The position numbers and the translations under genes are program-made. The notes beneath the pieces are model-generated. The model ran no database searches. It saw only the letters and a list, made by a program, of their open reading frames with translations, and was not told where the DNA came from. A stretch of 63,659 nt of DNA, counting the filler. It is 7 parts of 7 records of this genome, joined end to end, with 100 filler letters (N's around TTAATTAATTAA, not from the genome) between each part and the next. Parts side by side here need not be neighbours in the genome. Positions count along the whole stretch, not along the records: positions 22,443 to 34,394 come from SRR31147125_15383; 6 more parts are not named here. The stretch is one strand, 5' to 3'. Each line of letters begins with the position of its first letter. Position 1 is the first letter of the stretch. Shown in pieces: positions 22,343 to 30,728 of this stretch.

Positions 22343-22442
22343 NNNNNNNNNNNNNNNNNNNNNNNNNNNNNNNNNNNNNNNNNNNNTTAATTAATTAANN
22401 NNNNNNNNNNNNNNNNNNNNNNNNNNNNNNNNNNNNNNNNNN
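22343..22442. other. Artificial contig spacer
   Basis: N-run with TTAATTAATTAA; GC content changes sharply across it. Confidence 0.98.
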
Positions 22443-22697
22443 AACGAAAACCTGACAAGACGTATCATAGAAGAGCGCAGCGAGGCATATATATTGGACA
22501 AAGGTAAATCCCTGGGCATGACCGACCTCAAAGCTGCCGTCCAGCTGACCTGGTGTGTCGACGGTTTCTGGTATCCCAGCGGGGTTAACCTTGAAACGAA
22601 CGCTGATGAAACCGCACGGCAGGCACTGGGCCGGGACATTGAGGCCGAGCTCGGGATACCGTCGGACGAAATTAACTGGAGTCGAAACGATGAATAA
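22443..22697 (+). CDS. spoIIIAF: Stage III sporulation protein AF (5' truncated)
   Basis: Position before spoIIIAG/AH; IEAELGIP..I.W C-terminus. Confidence 0.65.
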   Translation, partial: NENLTRRIIEERSEAYILDKGKSLGMTDLKAAVQLTWCVDGFWYPSGVNLETNADETARQALGRDIEAELGIPSDEINWSRNDE

Positions 22698-23240
22698 GAA
22701 CATACCGGAAATCGCCGGGAAGATATGGGCGGTCATTAAGAAAAACAAGTTTGTGATGATCGTACTCGCCATTGGGCTGGTGCTCATTTTGCTGCCGACC
22801 GGGTCGCGCAGCGATAAAGTAGAGGCGCAGGCCGAAGAAACGCCGTCCGTTTCGTTTTCGCTCAGCGAACAGGAAGAACGCATCGCCGCGGCGCTGTCAA
22901 AGATCGATGGGGCGGGTCAAGTGACCGTCGTCCTGACGCTTAAAAGCGGCGCGGAACAGATACTGGCTACCGACGAGAGCTCGTCCAGCAGCGCCAGGGG
23001 GAAGGGGAGTCGGCAGAGAACAGCACGGAGACAAAAAGTACAACCGTTATCATCTCTGCCGGCAGCTCTGTGGAAAACCCCGTAACGCTCAAGACCTTAT
23101 ACCCCGAGTATCTCGGCGCGCTTGTTGTCTGTGCAGGTGCGGATAACCCGACGGTGAAGTATCAGCTCATTCAGGCTGTTGCGGGCCTGACCGGGCTTGG
23201 TACAGACAAGATTGTCGTAACAAAAATGAATGAATCTTGA
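22690..23240 (+). CDS. spoIIIAG: Stage III sporulation protein AG (frameshift near 22997-23007)
   Basis: LSKIDGAGQVTVVLT, then in the shifted frame YPEYLGALVVCAGADNP..KIVVTKM. Confidence 0.85.
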
Positions 23241-23253
23241 GGAGGCATCATGA

Positions 23254-23832
23254 GTGAAAACATTTAAAAGGAACGCGGTCATCATTACTGTTTTGCTGTT
23301 TGTGTGCGTCGCGGCGTATCTCAACTGGTCGTACAATAAAAAAGACAACGACAGCGAAGCAATAGCGGAGGTATCGCCGACGACTTCGGCGGCGCCGACG
23401 GCCTCGGCCGGAAAAGACGACAAGGCCGAAACATCCAGCGCCGGACTATTTTACGAGCCGGAAGAAGAGGTTGTCGACTCGGCGTATTTTGATTCGGCTC
23501 GCCTCAATCGTCAGCAGGCCAGAGATTCGGCCGCCGCAACGCTGGCGTCAGTCACCGAGACGGACGGCGCTTCGCAGGAGATGATCGACGCCGCGCTGGC
23601 TGAGATCCAGCAGATTGCCTCCGATTCGATCCAGGAGGCGCAGCTGGAGGATATGATTAAAGCAAAAGGGTTTACGGATTGTGTCGTATACATCTCGGAA
23701 ACGGGCGTAAGCATTACGGTCCCGGCGCCTGACGATGGCCTGACGGCCGCGTCAGTTGCCAAAATCACCGACGTCGTCGTCACGCAGACCGATTACAGAG
23801 CCGGTGATTTGAAAATTATCGAGGTGAAATAG
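23254..23832 (+). CDS. spoIIIAH: Stage III sporulation protein AH
   Basis: AAYLNW, YF..ARL.R..ARD, IKAKGF.DCVV. Confidence 0.9.
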   Translation: MKTFKRNAVIITVLLFVCVAAYLNWSYNKKDNDSEAIAEVSPTTSAAPTASAGKDDKAETSSAGLFYEPEEEVVDSAYFDSARLNRQQARDSAAATLASVTETDGASQEMIDAALAEIQQIASDSIQEAQLEDMIKAKGFTDCVVYISETGVSITVPAPDDGLTAASVAKITDVVVTQTDYRAGDLKIIEVK

Positions 23833-23852
23833 CTTTATTTTCTGGGGAAACT

Positions 23853-23892
23853 GTAGTATAATACCTGTCAAAGCAGGTATTATACTACTTTT
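23853..23892 (+). terminator. 15-bp perfect inverted repeat; probable terminator carrying TATAAT in each arm
   Basis: GTAGTATAATACCTG-tcaaag-CAGGTATTATACTAC followed by a T run. Confidence 0.6.
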
Positions 23893-23972
23893 GTTAATGG
23901 CAAAAACGACGTGTTCCGAATGAATCAAAGATGGTTGGTGCCATTTCAGATTTGAGGTTGGGAGAGACGAAA

Positions 23973-24344
23973 ATGGGCGAGAATAAAGATTATATCACCT
24001 ATAGCGAGGACAAGGGCAGCGTCAACATCTCCGAGGAAGTCGTTGCAATCGTCGCCGGCGGCGCAGCGCTTGAGGTTGAAGGCGTGGCGGGGCTTTATTC
24101 AACGCCCGGCCGGGACTTGGCCGAGCTGCTGGGTAAAAAGAACCTGTCCAAGGGTGTCAAAATCCAGTTGGAGGACGGGATGATCCACGCCGACATTTAT
24201 ATCATGGCCGCGTTGGGCGTTGCCATCACCGAAATCGGTGAGCATGTGCAAAACGCCGTGGCGACAGCGATTGAGTCGACAACGGGCATGACTGTGTCGG
24301 CTGTCAACGTCCACATCTGCGGGATTGCCATGAAAAGCAAGTAA
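23973..24344 (+). CDS. Asp23/Gls24 family protein
   Basis: G.VNISEEVVA.IA..AALEVEGV, KNLSKGVK, VNVHI. Confidence 0.92.
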   Translation: MGENKDYITYSEDKGSVNISEEVVAIVAGGAALEVEGVAGLYSTPGRDLAELLGKKNLSKGVKIQLEDGMIHADIYIMAALGVAITEIGEHVQNAVATAIESTTGMTVSAVNVHICGIAMKSK

Positions 24345-24476
24345 GAAATCTTCCAGCGCAGCGTTAGATGAAGGTCGGCGGGAGTTCTTCCGCCGACCGT
24401 ATGTTAATACGCATACGGATGAAGCAAACAGTATCAATAAAGAGGAAGCCGCCCGCGGCGGCCAAGGGGATAATCA

Positions 24477-24929
24477 ATGACCAGGACAGCGGCCAGAGAA
24501 CTGGCGGTCAGGCTCTGTTACGGCCTATCAGAAAATCCGAGAAATCCGGACGAATTGCTCGGCGAAACATTTGATGAAGAATATTACGCGACCTTTGCTG
24601 ATGAGGATGAGCTTTATAAGAGCTATCCGGATAAAAAGCAGCTGGAGTATATCGGCCGCGTTGTCCGGGGAATCGCCGGGCACGCCGCAGAGCTCGACGG
24701 CTATATCGACAAATACGCCGTCGGCTGGAAATTCGGACATATTTCACGAACGGCGGTGGCCATATTGAAAACGGCCATGTTCGAGGTTTTGTATATGCCG
24801 GAGGTGCCCGATAAGGCGGCCATCAACGAGGCGGTTGAGATTGCCAAGCGATACGAACAGCCTGAAACAGTAAAATTTATCAACGGTGTCTTAGGCAGCT
24901 TTGTAAGAAATGAAGTGACATTCGCGTGA
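24477..24929 (+). CDS. nusB: Transcription antitermination factor NusB
   Basis: R..ARE.A, AINEAVEIAK.Y, FINGVLG. Confidence 0.95.
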   Translation: MTRTAARELAVRLCYGLSENPRNPDELLGETFDEEYYATFADEDELYKSYPDKKQLEYIGRVVRGIAGHAAELDGYIDKYAVGWKFGHISRTAVAILKTAMFEVLYMPEVPDKAAINEAVEIAKRYEQPETVKFINGVLGSFVRNEVTFA

Positions 24930-25857
24930 AAAAAGCGGCGATTTCCTTTGATACAAGCAATTACACGACAAGCTGCGCCGTTTTCGACGGCGAAGCCGGT
25001 GAGAATACCGGACGTCTTCTGGAGGTCGAGCCGGGTCGTCTCGGCCTGCGCCAGTCAGACGCGCTGTTTTTGCACGTTAAAAATCTGCCATCTGTTTTTT
25101 CGGAGCTGACACAACCGGATACGGTTCTGGCCGTCGGCGCGAGCACGAAGCCACGCGAGACGGCGGATTCGTACATGCCGTGCTTTTTGGCCGGCAAATC
25201 GCACGGGGCCGTTCTGGCGCGCTCAATGGGCGTGCCTTTTTTGAGTTTTCCCACCAACAGGGCCATATCGCTGCGGCAGCCTGGTCCGCCGGCCGGTTGG
25301 ATCTTCTGGACAAGCCGCACATCGCCTGGCACCTGTCCGGCGGCACGACGGAGCTTTTATTTGTCCGGCCGGACGGCTGCGCCGTCCGCTGCGAGATCAT
25401 CGGCGGCACGACGGATATCTCCGCCGGCCAGCTGATTGACCGGGCCGGCGGCCTTCTGGGCTTGAAGTTCCCGTCAGGGCGCGAGCTTGATACGCTTGCA
25501 AATCAGGCGCACGGCGGCGACTTTTACAAACCGAAAATTAACGATTTAACCTTTTCGCTGTCCGGCGTGGAGCATAAAATGAAGCAATTGGCCGAGGCGC
25601 GCGCGACCGGGCCGGAGCTGGCTTATTTTACGGTGATGTCCATTGTCCGCGCCGTCGGTGACGTGACGGAACGGGCGCGGCAGACATACGGCGACGTACC
25701 GGTGCTCTTTACCGGGGGCGTTGCGTGCAATTCTCTTTTGCGGCGGGAAATATCCGGCGGCTATTTTGCCGCGCCGCAGTGCTCGGCCGACAACGCGCTC
25801 GGCGTGGCTATTCTTACATACAGGGCGGTAACAACCGATGGAACAACGAATATTTAA
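24926..25857 (+). CDS. TsaD/Kae1-like (peptidase M22) paralogue (frameshift at 25237-25242)
   Basis: FDTSNYTTS, SHQQGH, HLSGGTT, D..AGQLIDR, GGVA.N, DNA motifs split over two frames. Confidence 0.85.
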
Positions 25858-27028
25858 TGTAACGGAGCTCAACGAATACGTCAAAGCGCTGATTGAGAGC
25901 GATTACGCGCTCAGTAATATCTATGTGCGCGGCGAGCTGTCCAATTATAAGGTGTATCCGTCGGGTCATCATTATTTTACAATGAAGGATGAAAGCGGCG
26001 CGTTGCGCTGTGTGATGTTCCGTTCCAGTGCCTCCAAAATACGCTTTAAGCCCGAAAACGGGATGAAGGTCGTTGCATTTGGGCGGGTGAGCGTCTTCCC
26101 GCGCGACGGTGCGTATCAGCTGTATGTGAACGAATTGACGCCCGATGGCGTGGGGGACCTGTATGTCGCGTTTGAGCAGCTCAAGGAAAAGCTCCTGAAG
26201 GAAGGGCTGTTTGATAGTAAATATAAAAAACCGATCCCGCGTTTTCCGGACCGGATCGCCGTCATTACGTCGGGCGCCGGCGCGGCCGTGCGGGATATTA
26301 TCCGCGTATTGGGAAAGCGCTGGCCGCTTTCCAAGGTGATTATTCTGCCCGTGCGCGTACAGGGCACGGAAGCGCCGCCGGAGATTGCCGGCGCGATCCG
26401 TTACGCCAACCGCCATAACGTGGCGGACCTTATCATTACCGGGCGCGGCGGCGGGTCCATCGAGGATTTGTGGGCGTTTAACGATGAGCGCGTGGCGCGC
26501 GCCGTCTTTGAGTCCATTATACCTGTCATCTCCGCCGTCGGCCACGAGCCGGACGTCACCATCTCCGACTTTGTGGCTGATCTGAGGGCTGCGACGCCCT
26601 CTAACGCGGCCGAGCTGGCAGTGCCGGACATCGCCGAGCTGCGCGAGGCGCTCAAAAGCCTGGACCTGCGTGCCGGGCAGGCGCTCGGTAGGGAACTTCA
26701 GGCCCTCCGCCGCCGTCTAACAGATCTGCAGAACAAGCGCGTGCTCCAAAGTCCGAAAAATACCATTGACGATAAACGCCTCATGCTGGACTTTGCGCAG
26801 GAGCGCCTCAATTCCGCGGCGCTGTCCTCGTTCAAGGCCGCGCGCGAGCAGTATATTCATCTGGCCGCGTCGCTCGACGCTATGAGCCCTTTGAAGGTTT
26901 TGGGGCGCGGCTACGCTGTGGCGCAGCGTGAAGACGGCCATGTCATCAAAAAAGCGAGTGAAGTCAAAAGCGGGGATAAAATAACCGTACAGCTTCAAAA
27001 AGACAAGCTGTCGGCAACGGTGGATTAA
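25838..27028 (+). CDS. xseA: Exodeoxyribonuclease VII large subunit
   Basis: GELSN..SGHHYF, RGGGSIEDL, SAVGHE.D, RAATPS. Confidence 0.97.
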   Translation: MEQRIFNVTELNEYVKALIESDYALSNIYVRGELSNYKVYPSGHHYFTMKDESGALRCVMFRSSASKIRFKPENGMKVVAFGRVSVFPRDGAYQLYVNELTPDGVGDLYVAFEQLKEKLLKEGLFDSKYKKPIPRFPDRIAVITSGAGAAVRDIIRVLGKRWPLSKVIILPVRVQGTEAPPEIAGAIRYANRHNVADLIITGRGGGSIEDLWAFNDERVARAVFESIIPVISAVGHEPDVTISDFVADLRAATPSNAAELAVPDIAELREALKSLDLRAGQALGRELQALRRRLTDLQNKRVLQSPKNTIDDKRLMLDFAQERLNSAALSSFKAAREQYIHLAASLDAMSPLKVLGRGYAVAQREDGHVIKKASEVKSGDKITVQLQKDKLSATVD

Positions 27029-27034
27029 GTGTGC

Positions 27035-27159
27035 TTAAAGGCTTCCCCTGGAGGAAGCTGTCGAGCTTATGCGAGACTGATGAGGGCGTTTCTCCTAGGC
27101 GATCTACGGAAACTCCTCATCCGGCGCTATGCGCCACCTTCCCCCAGGGGAAGGCTTAA
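27035..27159. repeat. Palindromic REP/MITE-like element
   Basis: Ends GGCTTCCCCTGG / CCAGGGGAAGGC; internal GATGAGG/CCTCATC and small hairpins. Confidence 0.7.
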
Positions 27160-27204
27160 TAGGCAACAAAGCTATTATTGCCACCGCCTATCGGAGGAAT
27201 AAGC

Positions 27205-27672
27205 ATGACCATACGACTGGCAGCGCCCGACGACCTTGAAAACTATATCGGCGTACGGTTTGATTATTTCGCCGCGGAGGGCTGGACGGCGGCTGATGAC
27301 CTGAAAGCGGATATCCGCGCGCAACTGACCGATTATTACAAGGCACACCTGAACAAAGACTTCTATGCGGCATTTGCCGAAGAAGACGGCGCGGTCTTAT
27401 CGGCCGCTTTTCTGACGATCAACGAAATGCCCGCCAACATAGCTACGCCGACCGGGAAATACGGAGTAATCCGCAATGTTCTCACGTACCCTGAACATCG
27501 CCGAAGGGGTTATTCCACGAAGGTGCTGGAGCTGCTGATCCAAAAAGCAAAGGACGAAAACCTGTCCTATCTTCAGCTGTCGGCCTCCGAAATGGGCAAG
27601 CCGGTATATGAAAGGCTCGGCTTCAAGCCGTCCGCCAAGCCCGGCTTTACGGACATGACGCTGCCGCTGTAA
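27205..27672 (+). CDS. GNAT family N-acetyltransferase
   Basis: V.T.PEHRRRG, G..VYERLGF; GGAGG RBS. Confidence 0.92.
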   Translation: MTIRLAAPDDLENYIGVRFDYFAAEGWTAADDLKADIRAQLTDYYKAHLNKDFYAAFAEEDGAVLSAAFLTINEMPANIATPTGKYGVIRNVLTYPEHRRRGYSTKVLELLIQKAKDENLSYLQLSASEMGKPVYERLGFKPSAKPGFTDMTLPL

Positions 27673-27779
27673 TTGCTATACGGCAGCTTCCTGGATTAGA
27701 GTGGATGCTGCACGTTATATTAAAGCGGACGGCCAATAGCCGTCTCGGAGAAGAATTTAGTAATGTCAGGGTTTTGCTT

Positions 27780-28256
27780 ATGACGCTTCCCACACGAAAA
27801 CAAATACGCTTAACCGATTATGATTATAGTCAAAATGGTGCATATTTCATTACAATATGCACCAAAAATAGAGAACTAACACTGTGGGCCAACACCGTAG
27901 GGACGGCCATTGGCCGTCCGCTTTTGTCGGGATATGGATCCATTACGAAGGCTGCAGTTAAAAACATAAGCGCAATATACTCTAATGTTTGTGTCGATAA
28001 ATACGTTATTATGCCAAATCATGTTCATTTGCCTATCTTATTATCAAGGGATAGCGGACGGCCAATGGCCGTCCCTACGATATCCCGCATCATTAATCAA
28101 TTCAAAGGATATGCAAGTAAGCAAGCTGGATTGTCATTGTGGCAGGCTCGGTATTACGAGCACGTAATCCGTAATGAACAAGATTATCTATCAATATGGA
28201 ATTACATCGACACAAATCCCGCCAAATGGGCAGAAGACGAATACCATAAAGTGTAG
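27780..28256 (+). mobile_element. REP-associated tyrosine transposase (IS200/Y1 family, RAYT-like)
   Basis: RK.IRL..YDYS..GAYFITICT, HUH motif MPNHVH, WQ..YYEHVIR, YIDTNP. Confidence 0.92.
27897..28078. repeat. Inverted pair of GTAG-REPs inside the transposase ORF
   Basis: GTAGGGACGGCCATTGGCCGTCCGC (27897-27921) and its exact reverse complement (28054-28078); degenerate copies at 27725-27745 and 28253-28276. Confidence 0.88.
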
Positions 28257-28313
28257 GGGCTAACAGTGTTTGCTCGTACATTTGCCGATTGTTAAACATA
28301 AAGGAGAATCCCT

Positions 28314-28541
28314 ATGGAAAAAATGAGTTTTGAGCAGGCCATTACGCGTATCGACGAGATCGTCAAAACGCTGGAGAAGGGCGACGCGCCGCTTGAGCAG
28401 TCGCTGACGCTGTTCGAGGAGGGCACGAAACTCATTAAATTCTGCGGAAAACTTCTGGATGGCGCTGAGCAGAAGGTCGTCAAGCTTCAAAAGGGCGCCG
28501 ACGGCGCGCCGGAAGAGACGGCGTTTGACAGCGCGGAGTGA
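28314..28541 (+). CDS. xseB: Exodeoxyribonuclease VII small subunit
   Basis: SFEQA..R.DEIV..LE.G..PLE.SL.LFEEG. Confidence 0.96.
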   Translation: MEKMSFEQAITRIDEIVKTLEKGDAPLEQSLTLFEEGTKLIKFCGKLLDGAEQKVVKLQKGADGAPEETAFDSAE

Positions 28542-28548
28542 CGGTTTT

Positions 28549-29430
28549 ATGTTAAAAGAGGAATTCGACCGCGCGTACGGCGAGAGCCGCGCCCTTGTCG
28601 AAAAGCAGCTGGAACAGTATTTTCAGCGCGCGCCCAAAAGCGACCTGACCGAAGCGATGCGCTACAGCGTCATGGCCGGCGGCAAGCGCATCCGGCCTGT
28701 CATCGTCCTGGAGTTTTGCAGGGCTGCCGGCGGGAATCCGGAAAAGGCCGCGCCGGCGGCCGCGGCCGTTGAGATGCTGCATACGTATTCTCTCATCCAT
28801 GACGACCTGCCCTGTATGGACGACGACGCGCTGCGCCGGGGAAAGCCCACGAACCATATTGTTTTCGGCGAATGTATCGCAACGCTGGCGGGTGACGCGC
28901 TCCAGGCTGAAGCCTTTGGCCTGCTGCTCGGCTCGGACCTGTCGGCAGACCGCGTTGTGACAATGGGCAGGCTTTTGGCAAAAGCAGCCGGGACGGATGG
29001 CATTTGTCTTGGTCAGGCGCTTGATATGGAGAGCGAATCGCGCAAGCTGACGTATGAGGAGATATCGGGCATCCACGCGCTGAAAACGGCGTCCATGCTG
29101 ATGGCGTCGGCCCAGATTGGAGTAGCCGCTGCCGGCGGGAGCGAGGCGCAGATGAAAGCCGCGCTGGATTACGCGGCGGCGCTCGGGCTCGCGTTTCAGA
29201 TTCGCGACGACGTTTTGGACGTCACAGGCCAGACGGACGAGCTCGGCAAGCCCGCCGGATCGGACGAGGCCAATAGCAAATCGACATTTGTGACGCTTTT
29301 CGGCGTGGAGGAATGCCGGCGCATTATCCGGGAAAAGACGCAGCAGGCCGTTTTATCGCTTGCGGGACACTTTGCGAATACGGGATTTCTTGAAACCCTT
29401 GCCAGAATTCTGGAAGAAAGAAAGTATTGA
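28549..29430 (+). CDS. ispA: Farnesyl-diphosphate synthase (geranyltranstransferase)
   Basis: GGKRIRP, IHDDLPCMD, FQIRDD.LD, GK..GSD. Confidence 0.95.
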   Translation: MLKEEFDRAYGESRALVEKQLEQYFQRAPKSDLTEAMRYSVMAGGKRIRPVIVLEFCRAAGGNPEKAAPAAAAVEMLHTYSLIHDDLPCMDDDALRRGKPTNHIVFGECIATLAGDALQAEAFGLLLGSDLSADRVVTMGRLLAKAAGTDGICLGQALDMESESRKLTYEEISGIHALKTASMLMASAQIGVAAAGGSEAQMKAALDYAAALGLAFQIRDDVLDVTGQTDELGKPAGSDEANSKSTFVTLFGVEECRRIIREKTQQAVLSLAGHFANTGFLETLARILEERKY

Positions 29431-29455
29431 TAAATTGGTATTTTCTTGTTAATAT
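29427..29455 (+). promoter_or_regulatory. Sigma-A-type promoter for the OLE RNA
   Basis: TTGATA (29427-32), 17 nt, TAATAT (29450-55) with extended TG; predicted start ~29462, just before the OLE P1 stem. Confidence 0.6.
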
Positions 29456-29463
29456 AGAGTTTA

Positions 29464-30107
29464 CAGCGGCGCAGTATCCTAGTCAGATCTGCCGTCTCCC
29501 AGGAAGGGCCTAAAAATCCTTTGAAGGGCACACCTGCGAAACTCCTTGTGTTTGCTTTGAACGCCCAGTTTGGGGTGGATGCTGGGGGGAAGCGCGGAAT
29601 GCCGCGCTTGCATACTCAGGGCGGCCTCCAACGGCATGGAGACCCCGACCCTGTTTATGCGGAGACCTGTTTTCGTGCTTTGTCGTGCTCATACGCTGAG
29701 CGCGGTCCTTGTACGGGACAGGATTGAACCTGCATTGCGGTGCATTGGCTAAACGTCGTGCGCTGTGTGCAGAGTAGCCTGCCTTGAGTGGGACCTGCGG
29801 ATAGGGGATTAAATGTTCGGCGTTGTGGCCACAGCACCGGGCGCTATTGCCCCTTGAAATATTTCCTGCAAAAGAGGCTAAGAGACGGCTTGACTGTCAG
29901 TGGAAAACACCTAGGCTGTTCGGGGAGAACCTGTCCCCGTGACAGGATGGGGATTGCAGTGCGGACTAAGTGGCAATCGGGCAGCGACGACGGCAACGCG
30001 TCGAACGCGGCTTTAAAGGGAAACCGCCTGATCGGCAACGAGGGGTAGCTGCGGGGGAAATCCAGCCCGTACCTAAGCCGTAAGATTTACTCAGCTTGTC
30101 GCCGCTG
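29464..30107 (+). ncRNA. ole: OLE RNA (ornate large extremophilic RNA)
   Basis: 644-nt GC-rich interval with no credible ORF, closed by CAGCGGCG/CGCCGCTG; OLE-like tracts CAGTATCCTAGTCAG, GGGCCTAAAAATCC, GCAGAGTAGCCTGCCTTGAG, GGACTAAGTGG, AAAGGGAAACCGCC, CTAAGCCGTAA; canonical ispA-ole-oapA-dxs-tlyA-nadK context. Confidence 0.92.
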
Positions 30108-30158
30108 CATTAAAAAGCAGAGTGAACATCATAATTTAATTTCTGGTGTTTTTAAATA

Positions 30159-30728
30159 ATGAAGACAAAAACAAGCCCAAGATGGGTTATAAAAATTACC
30201 ATTATAAGCATTATCATATCCATGACACTCGTGCTGGCAACCTCGACCGTATTGGGGAGCCTCGGTTATGTCATGGCATTTGTGGTTTTAGCCGTATTCA
30301 TCCTGCTCGGCATCGCGTTTGACGTCATTGGCGTGTCTGTTACAGCGGCGTCTGTGGCGCCGTTTCATTCGATGGCCGCGCATAAGGAGCGCGGCGCGGC
30401 AGAGGCCATCCGGCTCATTCGTAACGCCGAGAAGGTTGCCAGCATCTGCAACGACGTCGTCGGTGATATTTCAGGCATTATCAGCGGCGCGACCTCCGCG
30501 CTTATCGTTACTAAGCTCGTCAGTGATTTTTCGCTGCCGAACCTTATCATGCAGCTTATCATATCCGGTCTCGTGACAGGGGCCACTGTCGGCGGCAAGG
30601 CCGCGGGCAAGGCGCTGGCGATTAATAACAGTACAAAAATTGTGCTGGACGCCGGCAAGCTGATCAGCTTTTTAAAAGGCTATTTGGAAAAAAATGAGGG
30701 TATCTATTGGAATTACTGGACCGTTTAA
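30159..30728 (+). CDS. oapA: OLE-associated membrane protein A (CNNM/DUF21-like)
   Basis: Directly after OLE; 4 TM helices; GI.FD.IG, PFHSMAA, CNDVVGDISGIISG, TVGGKA.GK; true stop may be 30697. Confidence 0.9.
   Translation: MKTKTSPRWVIKITIISIIISMTLVLATSTVLGSLGYVMAFVVLAVFILLGIAFDVIGVSVTAASVAPFHSMAAHKERGAAEAIRLIRNAEKVASICNDVVGDISGIISGATSALIVTKLVSDFSLPNLIMQLIISGLVTGATVGGKAAGKALAINNSTKIVLDAGKLISFLKGYLEKNEGIYWNYWTV

Noticed and set aside
29510-30048. Six short ORFs on both strands between ispA and oapA
   Set aside because: No RBS or family motifs; they are chance frames inside the GC-rich OLE RNA
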